IMG/VR virus record: IMGVR_UViG_2728368993_000001
Coordinates: 50,818-114,817 of that record
DNA length: 64,000 bases
Source of the DNA: a virus
Taxonomy: Duplodnaviria; Caudoviricetes
Strand: one strand, 5' to 3'
The notes beneath the pieces are model-generated. The model was given only the letters and a program-made list of their open reading frames with translations. It was not told the origin of the DNA and ran no database searches. A program made the position numbers and the translations under genes. Shown in pieces: positions 50,863-60,877 of the stretch (its first letter is position 1; each line of letters begins with the position of its first letter).

Positions 50863-50930
50863 GTTTTTTTATCTTGTAATTGAAACATTCTTTCAAATTT
50901 GCCTTATCATAATGAAAGAAGGTTTTCAAA

Positions 50931-51293
50931 ATTAAATCAGTTCTACTTGTTGACGACTCTAAATTTATGCGCACTATTCTTAAGAAGCTTGTAAACAGTA
51001 AAGATTACTCTATACTTAGCGAGGCAAGTAATGGTATTGAAGCCATTGAGCAATACGGTTTTTTTCGTCCTGATGTAGTAATACTGGATATTACAATGCC
51101 GATTATGAACGGAATAGAAGCCTTAAAAAGCATCTTAAACAATGATCCCAAAGCCAATGTGATCATGTGTTCTGCTCTAAGTCAAAAGTATTTAATAAAC
51201 GAAGCACTTGACTTGGGTGCTAAGGGATTTATTGTAAAACCAAATTTTGATAACATTCTTGATATTTTACAAAGTATTGTTCCTAACAGATAA
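50931..51293 (+). CDS. Single-domain CheY-like response regulator
   Basis: IKSVLLVDDSKFMR..., LDITMP, MCSA, FIVKP; the DD motif lies upstream of the first ATG (50967). Confidence 0.85.
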   Translation: MKSVLLVDDSKFMRTILKKLVNSKDYSILSEASNGIEAIEQYGFFRPDVVILDITMPIMNGIEALKSILNNDPKANVIMCSALSQKYLINEALDLGAKGFIVKPNFDNILDILQSIVPNR

Positions 51294-51642
51294 CTTTCCT
51301 TATTTCAGTAGACAATGAATTAGTGGGGCAAGGTGTTCAGTCAGGTAAACTACTCCACCATCGAGCCTTGTTCTTTCTTATGTTTTTTATAAAAAATTAA
51401 ACATTTATTCATAGTTTAGTAACATCTTCTCGGTAAGATAAAGAAGTGAAGAGACCCCTACCTTTTTCAAAAGTATCACATTAATTTGTCCGGCAAATGC
51501 CGGATTTTTTTGTGTTTTACGAAGATGCAGTAAATCTGCTTCTCTTTCCCCCCCCATATCTCTGGTATTTAGAGAGTAAATTCTATCCTTAAGTATATTT
51601 TTTTCATTTTTATCCAGTCTATAATAATCGGAGGTGATTTTA

Positions 51643-51792
51643 ATGAACAACCCAAACCCTAAAAAAGAAACACATGTAAACAAAGAACTGCAACAAAGTA
51701 TTGATGAAGTCGGTCTTGATGCAGATGAACAAGCTATGAATGGATTATACGGAATGCCAGAAACTGATTTAGAAAATAGTCAAAACGATTAA
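51643..51792 (+). CDS. DUF4021-like small protein (not in ORF track)
   Basis: QAMNGLYGMPET; GGAGGTG RBS. Confidence 0.8.
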   Translation: MNNPNPKKETHVNKELQQSIDEVGLDADEQAMNGLYGMPETDLENSQND

Positions 51793-51830
51793 GCACTAAG
51801 CAATCTAAAATGTTTTGGAGGTAAAAATAA

Positions 51831-51998
51831 ATGTCACATCAAACGGATAGAATTTAGAAACAAAAAACTAAATCATTAATAGACAATCGTCAAGGTTCAG
51901 GTTCAGAATATCACACAGAGCATGCTGGTCATGTTGAAGGATACGGTCAGCCGCACCCAGTTAATGGCGGAAGTAATTCGACTAAAAACAAAGGTTAA
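51831..51998 (+). pseudogene. Small hydrophilic ORF with an internal TAG (51855-51857)
   Basis: GGAGGT RBS; frame continues to TAA 51996; terminator follows. Confidence 0.5.
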
Positions 51999-52148
51999 TC
52001 CCAATTCTTTTAAGAGTGAACAAATTTTAGTTCACTCTTTTTTACGGTTTATTCGAAATGTTCACTACCAAAGTCCATTTATTTTTATTTACTATAAAGG
52101 TAATTTTCAATTATACTTAAGTGAATTATTTTATTAAGGAGATTTAAT

Positions 52149-52496
52149 GTGAAAACCACTTTGCCTTGTCCGAATTGTCAAAATGCTATAACACTTGATG
52201 ACTTTGAGAACTTTTCATCACCTTTTACCATGAAATGTCCGAATTGCAAGGCCAAATTAAAAGAAACTCGAGTAACCCCTTTTCTATTAATCGGTGTGAT
52301 TGCTATCATTCCTTTATTTATTTACTTAGGAGAAACAGCAAAAACTTTTTTATCTGGCATAATACCTATTATTGATAAAATACCTACCTCTATCGTATTT
52401 ATTGGTGTTCTATACCCCGTGTATGCCATATACGAACGATTTAATGGACTTATCATGTTTAATAAAGGCAATTTGCAATTAAAAAAGCGTCAGTGA
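52149..52496 (+). CDS. Zinc-ribbon (CxxC-CxxC) two-TM protein
   Basis: CPNC...CPNC, then two TM helices. Confidence 0.8.
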   Translation: MKTTLPCPNCQNAITLDDFENFSSPFTMKCPNCKAKLKETRVTPFLLIGVIAIIPLFIYLGETAKTFLSGIIPIIDKIPTSIVFIGVLYPVYAIYERFNGLIMFNKGNLQLKKRQ

Positions 52497-52600
52497 ATAG
52501 AAGCGTGGTATTGTCACGCTTTTTTAGTTTTTAAATAAGTAGGTTTTTTATCTATTACTCATAATATTTCAACCTAGACTAAACTAGATTAGCCGATTAT

Positions 52601-52882
52601 TTAACGAATATATTCCTGCCGGTCCAATCGTTCCATAATCCCAAGATGCTCCTCATACCCGAATGGCTTTTCCCGTTTCAACCATAGCTTGTACTCATTC
52701 CATCGTTTCCAAGGATTCTCTTCCCTGACCTGTTCTATTTCACGCTGTAGGATGATGCCTGATTCTCTGACGTTGCTAACTATATCCCACCTAGATTTAT
52801 CTGATAGATGCATGCTTTCGTTTTCCTGCACAAGATAGATAATGTTCTTAGCCATTCTTTCTACTCGTTCATCACGTTTCAT
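52601..52882 (-). CDS. Hypothetical phage early protein
   Basis: ORF with GGGTGG RBS. Confidence 0.65.
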   Translation of the reverse strand: MKRDERVERMAKNIIYLVQENESMHLSDKSRWDIVSNVRESGIILQREIEQVREENPWKRWNEYKLWLKREKPFGYEEHLGIMERLDRQEYIR

Positions 52883-52913
52883 GCACCCACCCCATTTTTT
52901 AATATAAGGAAAT

Positions 52914-53219
52914 TCAAAACGACAGTTCTTGAGGCAACCTTTCCTGCAACTCATCAAACCATTGCCTATCCTCTGTATCCATGGCGAAATCCATCATGGA
53001 ATATAAGTCTTCTTCCTCCAGTGAGGACTCACAGAGATCAACACAGTCGAAATTAACCCACATCTTTGAGTTTATTTCCGTATCAATAGGAGTCCTTGTA
53101 AAACGAACGTAATATTGCCCTCTTAATAAGGAAATCCCTTCGATATATCCTACAAACTGAAAGTTACCCTTAAGGATTATCCAATCACCAACATGCAGAA
53201 GGTTATCTTCGGCCTTCAT
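52914..53219 (-). CDS. IDEAL-domain protein
   Basis: MDFAMDTEDRQWFDEL. Confidence 0.78.
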   Translation of the reverse strand: MKAEDNLLHVGDWIILKGNFQFVGYIEGISLLRGQYYVRFTRTPIDTEINSKMWVNFDCVDLCESSLEEEDLYSMMDFAMDTEDRQWFDELQERLPQELSF

Positions 53220-53445
53220 TCTGATCGCCCCCTTCATCAAATTGCTGCATAAAGTAATTTTCGATTTTCGCCGCAGTCTTCTCACCGATACCAGGAACCG
53301 TTTCAAGCTTTTCTAATAGTTTCACGAAATTATCAGCATCCGATTCTTGCTGCTGTTTTGCTCCTGCAGCATAACCTCGGTTAAATGCTGTCATGATGGC
53401 TGGATTAAGAGGGGAAACCTTTTTCTGTTTCAATGCATTATTCAT
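53203..53445 (-). CDS. Small helix-hairpin-helix protein
   Basis: LETVPGIGEKTAAKI. Confidence 0.75.
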   Translation of the reverse strand: MNNALKQKKVSPLNPAIMTAFNRGYAAGAKQQQESDADNFVKLLEKLETVPGIGEKTAAKIENYFMQQFDEGGDQNEGRR

Positions 53446-53568
53446 AAACCTTCCATCCTCTCCGTAGCCGTTTATTTAATTCGTTTTTCCTTAACGGTTC
53501 ATAAAGAAAGACCTGTTGTTTCTGCTCCCTATCCCATCGAAAAAGGAGCGTCCATTTACGACGAGACA

Positions 53569-53979
53569 TTATTTCAGCTCCCTTATAGATACTTCAATAC
53601 CTGTTTTTTCGCTGTATATCTTCAAAGCTGTGACTTTAGCAATCTGGTTATCGTCCTGCCAAACTATTTTATTCAATGCGTCAAACACGCCTTTTACTAG
53701 ATTGTCTGCATCAGGCTTTTTCGTGTGATAACTGAAAACGGCGTCCTCTTTTTTCTTTTTACTCCAGCTTTTCGGTATCGGCATAAAGAAAGTAATTCGT
53801 GCTTCTAATGGTCCGGAGGGGAAAAAGTCTCCTTTTAACTGCTGTTTAGCAAGTAATTGAATATGGGATTTATAAGCTAGGTAACGTTGCGCCGCAGCAT
53901 TTATGTATTTTCCACGTTGAGTCATTCTGACGGCACCCATTGGTGTGACTGGTAAATTAAGATTGATCAACATCTTCAC
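53569..53979 (-). CDS. rusA: RusA Holliday junction resolvase
   Basis: PKSWSKKK, KPDADNLVKGVFDALN, WQDDNQI. Confidence 0.93.
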   Translation of the reverse strand: MKMLINLNLPVTPMGAVRMTQRGKYINAAAQRYLAYKSHIQLLAKQQLKGDFFPSGPLEARITFFMPIPKSWSKKKKEDAVFSYHTKKPDADNLVKGVFDALNKIVWQDDNQIAKVTALKIYSEKTGIEVSIRELK

Positions 53980-54121
53980 CTAACTTCGACTCTAAAAAGG
54001 ATAACTGACCTTCTGGCGGTTCATTTTCGAGCTTCTTTACCTTAGTTGCATAAACAGGACCAATGCCCTTAGCGATGCTTTTTGCACTTTTTAATGGACG
54101 GTTACATACCGGACAATTCAA
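53957..54121 (-). CDS. DUF6011-like small Zn protein (not in ORF track)
   Basis: CPVCNRPL...SIAKGIGPV. Confidence 0.65.
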   Translation of the reverse strand: MNCPVCNRPLKSAKSIAKGIGPVYATKVKKLENEPPEGQLSFLESKLGEDVDQS

Positions 54122-54294
54122 GACCTCACCGCCGATGCTTTAGCAAGCTCAATTTTCAATTCCTCATAACTTAGTAGATCAATAGGCGATCCTGCACGTG
54201 AACGACGTATACCCATTTCTTTTAGTCTAGATAAGACAAAATTCCGTTTCATTTCATTTTGAGATTGAACAGCTTGGTAAAGTAATCCAATCAA
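54118..54294 (-). CDS. FbpA-like small basic protein (not in ORF track)
   Basis: GLLYQAV...LKEMGI...LSYEELK; AGGAGG RBS. Confidence 0.6.
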   Translation of the reverse strand: MIGLLYQAVQSQNEMKRNFVLSRLKEMGIRRSRAGSPIDLLSYEELKIELAKASAVRS

Positions 54295-54311
54295 GCACCC
54301 CTCCTTTCCAA

Positions 54312-55253
54312 CTATGGATTTATTTTCTGAAACATCTGGTCCATTTTACGTTTACGATTTTCCAATTCTTTAATGTTAACTGGCTCATTTGACTCAACAG
54401 CTGGATTTTTTTGCAGCCATTCAGGCACAACCTCAATCCTCCCTGAACCCCTTCTATATGGAGTAACCTTGTTCTGTTTCTGAGCCTGTTTCTCTTTAAA
54501 TTCAAGCTGATAGGCTTCGACTTCTGATGTCTTTTTAAAACCTTTGTCAAACCAATCTGTTAAGATGGCTTCAACATATCTCCACGTCTTTTTACCCTGT
54601 TCTGTTGAACGCTTCATGGCCAATACAACTAGTTCATCCGAAAGGTCTGCACACCAGGAGGATATCTTTTCAGTTATATAACTACCTATCACACCAAAAC
54701 CATTCTCTTCATAGAACCGAAATGGATTCTCTTGTGGAACTGGACTTACATCTACAGGTTCATCTATCACAAAGGGTTCTACGTATTCCTGCTCCTCTTC
54801 TTCTACACCTATCTCAGGTTGAGCAATCTCTGGTGGCTCCCAAGAAGTAATAGTAAGGCCATCTATGTGATATCCAAGAGCTATGCAGTTATTGATAAAC
54901 TCGTTTACTAGATCTTTGTTTTTGATACCATCAAGTTCTTTTTTTATACAAGCAATCACTTTCGGACTCTTGATAAAGTTGTACTTTGCCCAATTGACAA
55001 TCATGATTTCCTTCGTCTTACCGTCATAAATGATTTTTCCGTAATCAATGAATCTCTGAAGCAACTTATCTACAGTTTCGCGGTTATATCCCGTCTCTGT
55101 TTCGACGATGCGCTTCGGGAGTTCATAAATGCCGCATTGTGAGGTTTTACTGTTAGTCATTAAATACAAGTAAAAATATTTTTCCTCCGGTGTAAGGTCA
55201 AGAACGAACCCATCCTGCCAAAACTCGATATGCACTTGTCTATATTTCGCCAT
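54312..55253 (-). CDS. Phage replication initiator with DnaD domain
   Basis: FWQD...LTPEEKYFYLYLMTN wHTH; NPFRFYEENGFG...WRYVEAILTDW. Confidence 0.92.
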   Translation of the reverse strand: MAKYRQVHIEFWQDGFVLDLTPEEKYFYLYLMTNSKTSQCGIYELPKRIVETETGYNRETVDKLLQRFIDYGKIIYDGKTKEIMIVNWAKYNFIKSPKVIACIKKELDGIKNKDLVNEFINNCIALGYHIDGLTITSWEPPEIAQPEIGVEEEEQEYVEPFVIDEPVDVSPVPQENPFRFYEENGFGVIGSYITEKISSWCADLSDELVVLAMKRSTEQGKKTWRYVEAILTDWFDKGFKKTSEVEAYQLEFKEKQAQKQNKVTPYRRGSGRIEVVPEWLQKNPAVESNEPVNIKELENRKRKMDQMFQKINP

Positions 55254-55427
55254 GCTCTTATCTCCTTTCACAAATAGCAAAGCTATTTTTAACTACTTTC
55301 ACGGTATAATCTGGATACGATTTTTTCATATATTTAAGGACTAGCTTTTTTAAGTGATCCTTATCCTTTGCCTCCTCCCAGATCCACGCTGGAAGGAGGA
55401 CATTTGTCTTATATTCGAAATTACTCA

Positions 55428-56309
55428 TCAGTCAAATTTAATTTCCTGATCAATTACAGAAGGCTTTTCTTTCGAATCAGTTTTCCCTGTTTTTGGTACT
55501 ACATCGATAATTTCCGGCTCGGTAATATCTTCAACCTCACTTGCCTCATCAGTTATATCCTTCATTTCTGGTTCCTTCTCGTCCTCAGCAACAGCAGTTT
55601 GCATTTCAACAGATAGAATTCCCCACTTGCCAAGCATGTTCCTTAAAACAGTCTTCATAGCCATAGCATCATAATCAGAACGCCAAACATTGTTTAAACT
55701 CGTTTTGTCCTTAGCTTTATTAAACTTAATGCGATGCGCTTCTATTTCATCACGGGTCCAATAGACGGTCTTTTCAAAACCATTTATCAGTTTGAAATAT
55801 CCGCAATATCCGATCACCTTATCGCTTGTAGCAGCATCTAAATCAAGGTCAATTTCTTCTGTAAGGCGGTTCCACTTAACGAGTTCACCTTCACGAACCT
55901 CAATGACATTAATGCTTTTATATTGGCCTGTTCTAAGTGCTAACTGAATGTATCCTTTGTATCCTAGTTGGAATTGTGCCGCCTTATGGCCTTTCTTGCT
56001 GTCATAGAAAGGAACAATCCAGGCATATCCAAGATTCTTATCAATCGGTAGATCCAGAGTGGCTGCCACCATCGCAGAGGAAACGATACTCATTGGCTCA
56101 GCTGCCTGAATGTTAGGATCTCCGTTATATAAATTCAGCAGAGATGACATAAATTGAGGTGCCTTTTTTTCTAAAACCTGTTCAAATTTCTTTTTCATTG
56201 TTGGGGCACTAAGTAAATTTTTAAGACCCAGAGATTGAGCAGCAACCTGTTTTGATGCTTCTGGTTGTTTATTTACTAATTGATTTTTTAAAGCAGCATT
56301 TGTAGCCAT
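55428..56309 (-). CDS. recT: RecT recombinase
   Basis: LGYAWIVPF, AQFQLGYKGYIQLALRTGQY, MAMKTV. Confidence 0.95.
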   Translation of the reverse strand: MATNAALKNQLVNKQPEASKQVAAQSLGLKNLLSAPTMKKKFEQVLEKKAPQFMSSLLNLYNGDPNIQAAEPMSIVSSAMVAATLDLPIDKNLGYAWIVPFYDSKKGHKAAQFQLGYKGYIQLALRTGQYKSINVIEVREGELVKWNRLTEEIDLDLDAATSDKVIGYCGYFKLINGFEKTVYWTRDEIEAHRIKFNKAKDKTSLNNVWRSDYDAMAMKTVLRNMLGKWGILSVEMQTAVAEDEKEPEMKDITDEASEVEDITEPEIIDVVPKTGKTDSKEKPSVIDQEIKFD

Positions 56310-57259
56310 TAATTAGCCATCTCCTTCACAGCGAATTTACGAAAACTAGTTTCTTTCAGGACCTCACGGTAAATATCAGGGTATTTTTCTTTCAAGGCCT
56401 TTGTATCGACTCTGCTTTGTGATTGGTTTTTCCAAGATACAAGGAAGCTGTCGACCAGACCTGTTTCAGCATCCTTTAGTTCAGCCTTGATTTTATTTTC
56501 AATTTCCGTTTTCGCTAACTTGATGAGTTTTTCGTCAGCTTTGATTTCTTCGTATTGAGCCAAATACTCTTTATAGTCAGATGGGAGAATAATCTCCTTG
56601 TCCTTTTCAGCGCGGTCATATTTTTCTTTAAGGTATTTTTCAGCAGCACTGGACCCGTCCAACTCTGGAGGGATTCCTTGAAGAACATGAAACTCCCAGA
56701 AATGCTTTTCAGCAGAGAAAATCATGTTGATAAGCTCCTCATCACGTTCTACTTCTTTCCAGATAAATTTATTTCCACCGACAAGCACAGCGATATAACC
56801 CTTTTCCTTACCTGTCACACCAAGGTAATGTTGAACTTGCACAAGATAGGTGGCCGGGACTTCATCTAACTCCCATTCCTTTGCTAGATAAGCACTTGTT
56901 GTCTTGCATTCAAGCAAAGAAGATTCACCAATAACGAGCCGATCCAGGTTAGCCTTAATAAAGGGGTATTCTGGATGGGTGTACATGAAGTTTGTTCGAC
57001 GAACCTTCTTATCTGTGCGCTTTTCAAATTCCTTGGCAACCACATTTTCCATTTCATTTCCCCAATAGATGGCTTCATTATCAATTTCTTGTGGGGTAAC
57101 CTGTCCCGTTTTCTCAAGCCATAATTCAAACGCTGTACGGTATTTATTTAGGCCGAGAATGATTCCAGCATCACTGCCACCGATTCCTTTAGTACGTTCT
57201 TCAAGCCATTCCATACGGCTCATATAACGAGTAGAAATTGCATTCATATTCATTGCCAT
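56309..57259 (-). CDS. YqaJ viral recombinase exonuclease
   Basis: GIGGSD, ANLDR, LECKT, QVQHY. Confidence 0.95.
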   Translation of the reverse strand: MAMNMNAISTRYMSRMEWLEERTKGIGGSDAGIILGLNKYRTAFELWLEKTGQVTPQEIDNEAIYWGNEMENVVAKEFEKRTDKKVRRTNFMYTHPEYPFIKANLDRLVIGESSLLECKTTSAYLAKEWELDEVPATYLVQVQHYLGVTGKEKGYIAVLVGGNKFIWKEVERDEELINMIFSAEKHFWEFHVLQGIPPELDGSSAAEKYLKEKYDRAEKDKEIILPSDYKEYLAQYEEIKADEKLIKLAKTEIENKIKAELKDAETGLVDSFLVSWKNQSQSRVDTKALKEKYPDIYREVLKETSFRKFAVKEMAN

Positions 57260-57357
57260 AATAAAGTCCTCCTTTACCGTCACTGGACAATGTAGTACAA
57301 TGACGGTAATTCAATTATTTTTAAATCACTGGTTCCTGTTCTCAGCAGGAGCCATTT

Positions 57358-57576
57358 TTATATTGCTGTTGAAAATATCGCTTGATATTCTTCTGCAAGA
57401 AAGCGTTCAAGATTATCTTTCAAAATTAATTCGCCATCAATTTCAACATAATCATCACCGGATAGAATCTCTGTTCCAAAATAATCAACGCCTGCATGTT
57501 CAAGTTGATCTACCATGTTCGGGTAACCAGTACGTTCAATTTCTTCAATTACTGGATGATCTCTCACATTCCTCAC
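57358..57576 (-). CDS. YqaI-like protein
   Basis: DHPVIEEIERTGYP, DYFGTEI. Confidence 0.78.
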   Translation of the reverse strand: MRNVRDHPVIEEIERTGYPNMVDQLEHAGVDYFGTEILSGDDYVEIDGELILKDNLERFLAEEYQAIFSTAI

Positions 57577-57784
57577 CCCCTTTCAAATCATGAGTTAATC
57601 CCATGTTCTTGATGCGCAGTTGGAATTTGCCGTAGCAGTTAAAAATTTCTATAATAGACTTATCGATTCTAGAGCTTTTTCTCTGAAAGTAGTAAGTAGC
57701 CGCTTACTGCTTTTTTTGTTATTTTCTCTAATAAAAACTGCTTTGTTATACCTGATAAACTCAGCCATTCTCCAGCTTTGATTC

Positions 57785-58057
57785 TCATGAATTCCTCACC
57801 ACCATTTCTACCAAAATCCCTTTAGCTCTCATCAACTTAACAACCTCTTCAAATCGATCACGACGAACCTTTTTGTCGTGCAGTCTTTCAAGTTCGCGAA
57901 TAGAATTTAACAAATCAATAGCCGTCAGCTTTGCTTCCTCAAAATCCCCTTCGTAAAGTGACTTTTCAATACGTCCATAGCAACTATGTACGGCTCCAAA
58001 CTCTTTGGCAGCATGCTTTATATCTTGCGGTAAAACTGAATTTTTAGTTAAATCCAT
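57785..58057 (-). CDS. Hypothetical phage protein
   Basis: GGAGG RBS; follows the HTH gene. Confidence 0.7.
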   Translation of the reverse strand: MDLTKNSVLPQDIKHAAKEFGAVHSCYGRIEKSLYEGDFEEAKLTAIDLLNSIRELERLHDKKVRRDRFEEVVKLMRAKGILVEMVVRNS

Positions 58058-58311
58058 ATAATAAATCCTCCAATCAATGTTGATAGACTTTGAACAACAG
58101 TTGTAATATCTATTCCACATAGAAGAGCAGCCAGTGCTTCAGGAGCTTGAGTTGCCTGGAACCATCTAATAGCATCCGCTAACTTTAATTCCAGCTTGTC
58201 ATTCTCCAATCTCGAGACAGCACTCCTAGATATAAATATCTTTTCGGCCAGTTCCTCTTGGCTAAGTCCGGAGCGAAGCCGCGTTTTACGGAGCATTGAA
58301 CCAAATTGCAT
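58048..58311 (-). CDS. XRE HTH protein
   Basis: GLSQEELAEKIFISRSAVSRLEN. Confidence 0.88.
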   Translation of the reverse strand: MQFGSMLRKTRLRSGLSQEELAEKIFISRSAVSRLENDKLELKLADAIRWFQATQAPEALAALLCGIDITTVVQSLSTLIGGFIIWI

Positions 58312-58418
58312 AATATGCTCACCTCCCTATAATGTGCAGATATTGCACATGTGCAGAATATGGACAGAATTTAAGTATTAAATTTAGTAAAATTTACATA
58401 TAGGTAGAAACTAGATTG

Positions 58419-59117
58419 CTAGCTTACTTTACGAGGTAACCAGTTTTCTATGTAGCGGATTGCACTTTGTAGTTCCTGCCTCTTAACATCTTTGTAGCTG
58501 GCGACGCCGAACCTGTCTTTGATTTCCCGATAGATTTCTTTGAAAAGCCTGGCAGCTTCTTTCTTATCTTCGGTAAATTCATATACTCGGCGCGCTACAC
58601 CTTTTTGTAAGCGACGTTGTTCGCCGTGATCAAGGGTAATTTGTTGTTCTACTTTTATTTCAAGCTCTTGAATCTTATTAGAATGTTCGGTAGTGACTAG
58701 TTTTAGCTCTTCTGTTTCCTCGGCTGTGATGGCTGATAGTTTCATGAGAGCGACTAAGGATTGTTTTTCGTTTAATGGGACGATCTTGTCTGTAGAGTAG
58801 CTTCCTGTTTGCCGGATGGATGGAAGAACTTCTTCTACAATCCAATCAGTGAATTTTTCTGCTTCCGGTTTACGAGAAGTGAAAACTAATTTATAAACAC
58901 CAGCTTCGTTAATAACAGCCATTTGTTGCATTCCACCAAGGGTATTCACAGTATGAAGTCCCTTTTGTTTCGGATTTAATCGATCAACAGAACGAGTAAC
59001 GTTTGTTAATTCCAAAATGTCACAAACATCTTTTGCTACGAACCAAGGCTGATTATCTTTCAAAACTGTTCTAACTTGTTGTTCTTGATAATTGAACACT
59101 TTTTGTAATTGATTCAT
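58419..59117 (-). CDS. BRO-N/ORF6C antirepressor
   Basis: PWFVAKDVC, INEAGVY, SRKPEA; FGVASYKDV. Confidence 0.92.
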   Translation of the reverse strand: MNQLQKVFNYQEQQVRTVLKDNQPWFVAKDVCDILELTNVTRSVDRLNPKQKGLHTVNTLGGMQQMAVINEAGVYKLVFTSRKPEAEKFTDWIVEEVLPSIRQTGSYSTDKIVPLNEKQSLVALMKLSAITAEETEELKLVTTEHSNKIQELEIKVEQQITLDHGEQRRLQKGVARRVYEFTEDKKEAARLFKEIYREIKDRFGVASYKDVKRQELQSAIRYIENWLPRKVS

Positions 59118-59128
59118 TCGTGGACCTC

Positions 59129-59275
59129 CTATAAATCGTGATATTCAAGAAACTTTACTAGAGCTTTTACAGCATCCTCTTTGCTATAACTGGGGTCATT
59201 AACAAGATCATAAGCAATCTTCAAAATATCTGTTCTCATTTCTGACTTTCGAAGCATTTCTTGGATGTCTGGCAA
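59129..59275 (-). CDS. Small hypothetical protein (not in ORF track)
   Basis: 48-aa TTG ORF coupled to the upstream stop; GGAGG RBS. Confidence 0.5.
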   Translation of the reverse strand: MPDIQEMLRKSEMRTDILKIAYDLVNDPSYSKEDAVKALVKFLEYHDL

Positions 59276-59650
59276 TTAGACGACCTCCTTCTTGAAATAG
59301 CTTGTGTTTTCATCAACCCAGCGAGTGTGCTGCTCGATCCACTTGAACAACAAATGAGTCGGTACCAGAACTCCAGCTTCTCGAAATACCGGAAAGTCAG
59401 AACGATTTATCAACTCTGATGTCTTTGTCTCACCAATGTTGAACAGCTTCATCAACTGCTTTCTTGTAAGCAATGGAGGTAATTGGTCTTGTTGAAGTAC
59501 TTCGGTTATAGATCGTTTAATCTCTTCTCGAAATATTTCTCGAATGTTCTCATCAACAAGCCCGAATACTTCTGTAACAGCTTTTTGTATTTCTGCATGG
59601 AAGATGCTTAAAACGTGTTCATCAGCTAGCTCTAATTTAACTTGGGCCAT
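59276..59650 (-). CDS. Excisionase-like DNA-binding protein
   Basis: LPPLLTRKQLMKLFNIG...DFP...VPTHLLFKWI. Confidence 0.7.
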   Translation of the reverse strand: MAQVKLELADEHVLSIFHAEIQKAVTEVFGLVDENIREIFREEIKRSITEVLQQDQLPPLLTRKQLMKLFNIGETKTSELINRSDFPVFREAGVLVPTHLLFKWIEQHTRWVDENTSYFKKEVV

Positions 59651-59856
59651 TATACTTCTCCTTTCGTACTTATAAATCGATCTTAACAAATTAGCTTTTT
59701 TCCAATTTTCACAGATAAGAATGCCGTACAAATTCATAACAGTTTGTTTCGCAAGGTAATTAGCAATTCCTGTTTCTTATGCTTTCATGATGTTTCATTT
59801 TGATTAATGAAATTGGGAATTTATTCATAGGTTCATGTCAAGTGTTTTTTAATAAT

Positions 59857-60009
59857 TTACGAAATTTGAATTACTTGTTGCTGACAGATGTCACTCAGTT
59901 TCAGTTTCATCCCTTTTATAAGCTCTGGAACCTCTGCGAAGATTATGTTGTTAGCTGCTAATACATTGATTAAATCGTTTATGACTTATTCTTTTTTTTT
60001 TTGGTTCAT
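59857..60009 (-). pseudogene. Small ORF with an in-frame TAA at codon 8
   Basis: AAGGAG RBS; MNQKKKE*VINDLINVLAANN... Confidence 0.45.
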
Positions 60010-60022
60010 GCGATTACTCCTT

Positions 60023-60265
60023 TTAGGCTGAATTCGCTTTATCAAGTTCCCCTAAGGAACTATCATTTTCAAAAAAAATAGTCCATTTGAAACTTAGTGA
60101 GCCAGCAATTCTTTTAGCGACAGCTACACTTGGTGTTTTCGTGCCATTTTCAACATGTGTATAAAAGCTTCTAGATATGTCACACATTTTTGCTACTTGA
60201 TCTTGTGTTAGCTTTCTATTGGTGCGTTTTTCTTTTAGCCAAGATCTCAATTTCGTCACCTCCAC
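60023..60265 (-). CDS. Cro-like HTH
   Basis: LTQDQVAKMCDISRSFYTHVENG; divergent from the repressor. Confidence 0.88.
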   Translation of the reverse strand: MEVTKLRSWLKEKRTNRKLTQDQVAKMCDISRSFYTHVENGTKTPSVAVAKRIAGSLSFKWTIFFENDSSLGELDKANSA

Positions 60266-60372
60266 GTTCCTTTTAGGAACATCTTATATTTGTATTATAT
60301 GTTCCGTAAGGTAACACGTCAACAACATATTAACTCTTTTAGGAACATTAATCGAAAGTTTCTAAAAGAAAC
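60266..60372. promoter_or_regulatory. Lysis/lysogeny switch operators GTTCC-N5-GGAAC
   Basis: Copies at 60266, 60301, ~60332 (half) and 60358; another perfect copy at 60046-60060. Confidence 0.8.
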
Positions 60373-60412
60373 ATTATAATAGCATTAAGAAACATAGGAA
60401 AGATGTGGTTTT

Positions 60413-60859
60413 GTGGATATTCTAGGTAAAAGAATAAAACAATTAAGAGAAAGTAAAAAACAAACAGATAGTAAGTACACCCAAGGGTATATAGCGAATT
60501 TAATCGGTGTTGCTAGAACTACATATACAGCTTATGAAAACGGGACTAAGCAACCATCTCTTGAGACTGTTAATAAGATTGCGGATGTATTTAGCGTTTC
60601 TACAGATTTTTTACAAGGACGAACGAACAATCCTACTCAATTGGGCCACGCTGAAAAAGATGAAAAAGACATCGCAAAGCGTATGGAAGAAATAAAAAAA
60701 GACCTATCTAGTCAAGATGGTCTCATGTTTTCTGGTGAACCCTTAAGTGAAGAAGCAGTAGAATCACTTATGGAAGCAATGGAGCACATGGTTCGTCAAA
60801 CTCAACGAATCAATAAGAAGTACATTCCTAAGAAGTACAGAGATAAAGAAACCGAATAG
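60413..60859 (+). CDS. ImmR/CI-like repressor
   Basis: XRE HTH; GLMFSGEPLS C-terminal motif; followed by ImmA. Confidence 0.92.
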   Translation: MDILGKRIKQLRESKKQTDSKYTQGYIANLIGVARTTYTAYENGTKQPSLETVNKIADVFSVSTDFLQGRTNNPTQLGHAEKDEKDIAKRMEEIKKDLSSQDGLMFSGEPLSEEAVESLMEAMEHMVRQTQRINKKYIPKKYRDKETE

Positions 60860-60877
60860 GAATGCGAGGCGAATCAA

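Noticed and set aside
51405-51683. 92-aa ORF on the - strand
   Set aside because: Antisense to the better-supported DUF4021-like ORF; no convincing RBS
51922-52137. 71-aa ORF on the + strand
   Set aside because: Runs through a terminator; the alternative frame at 51831 has the RBS
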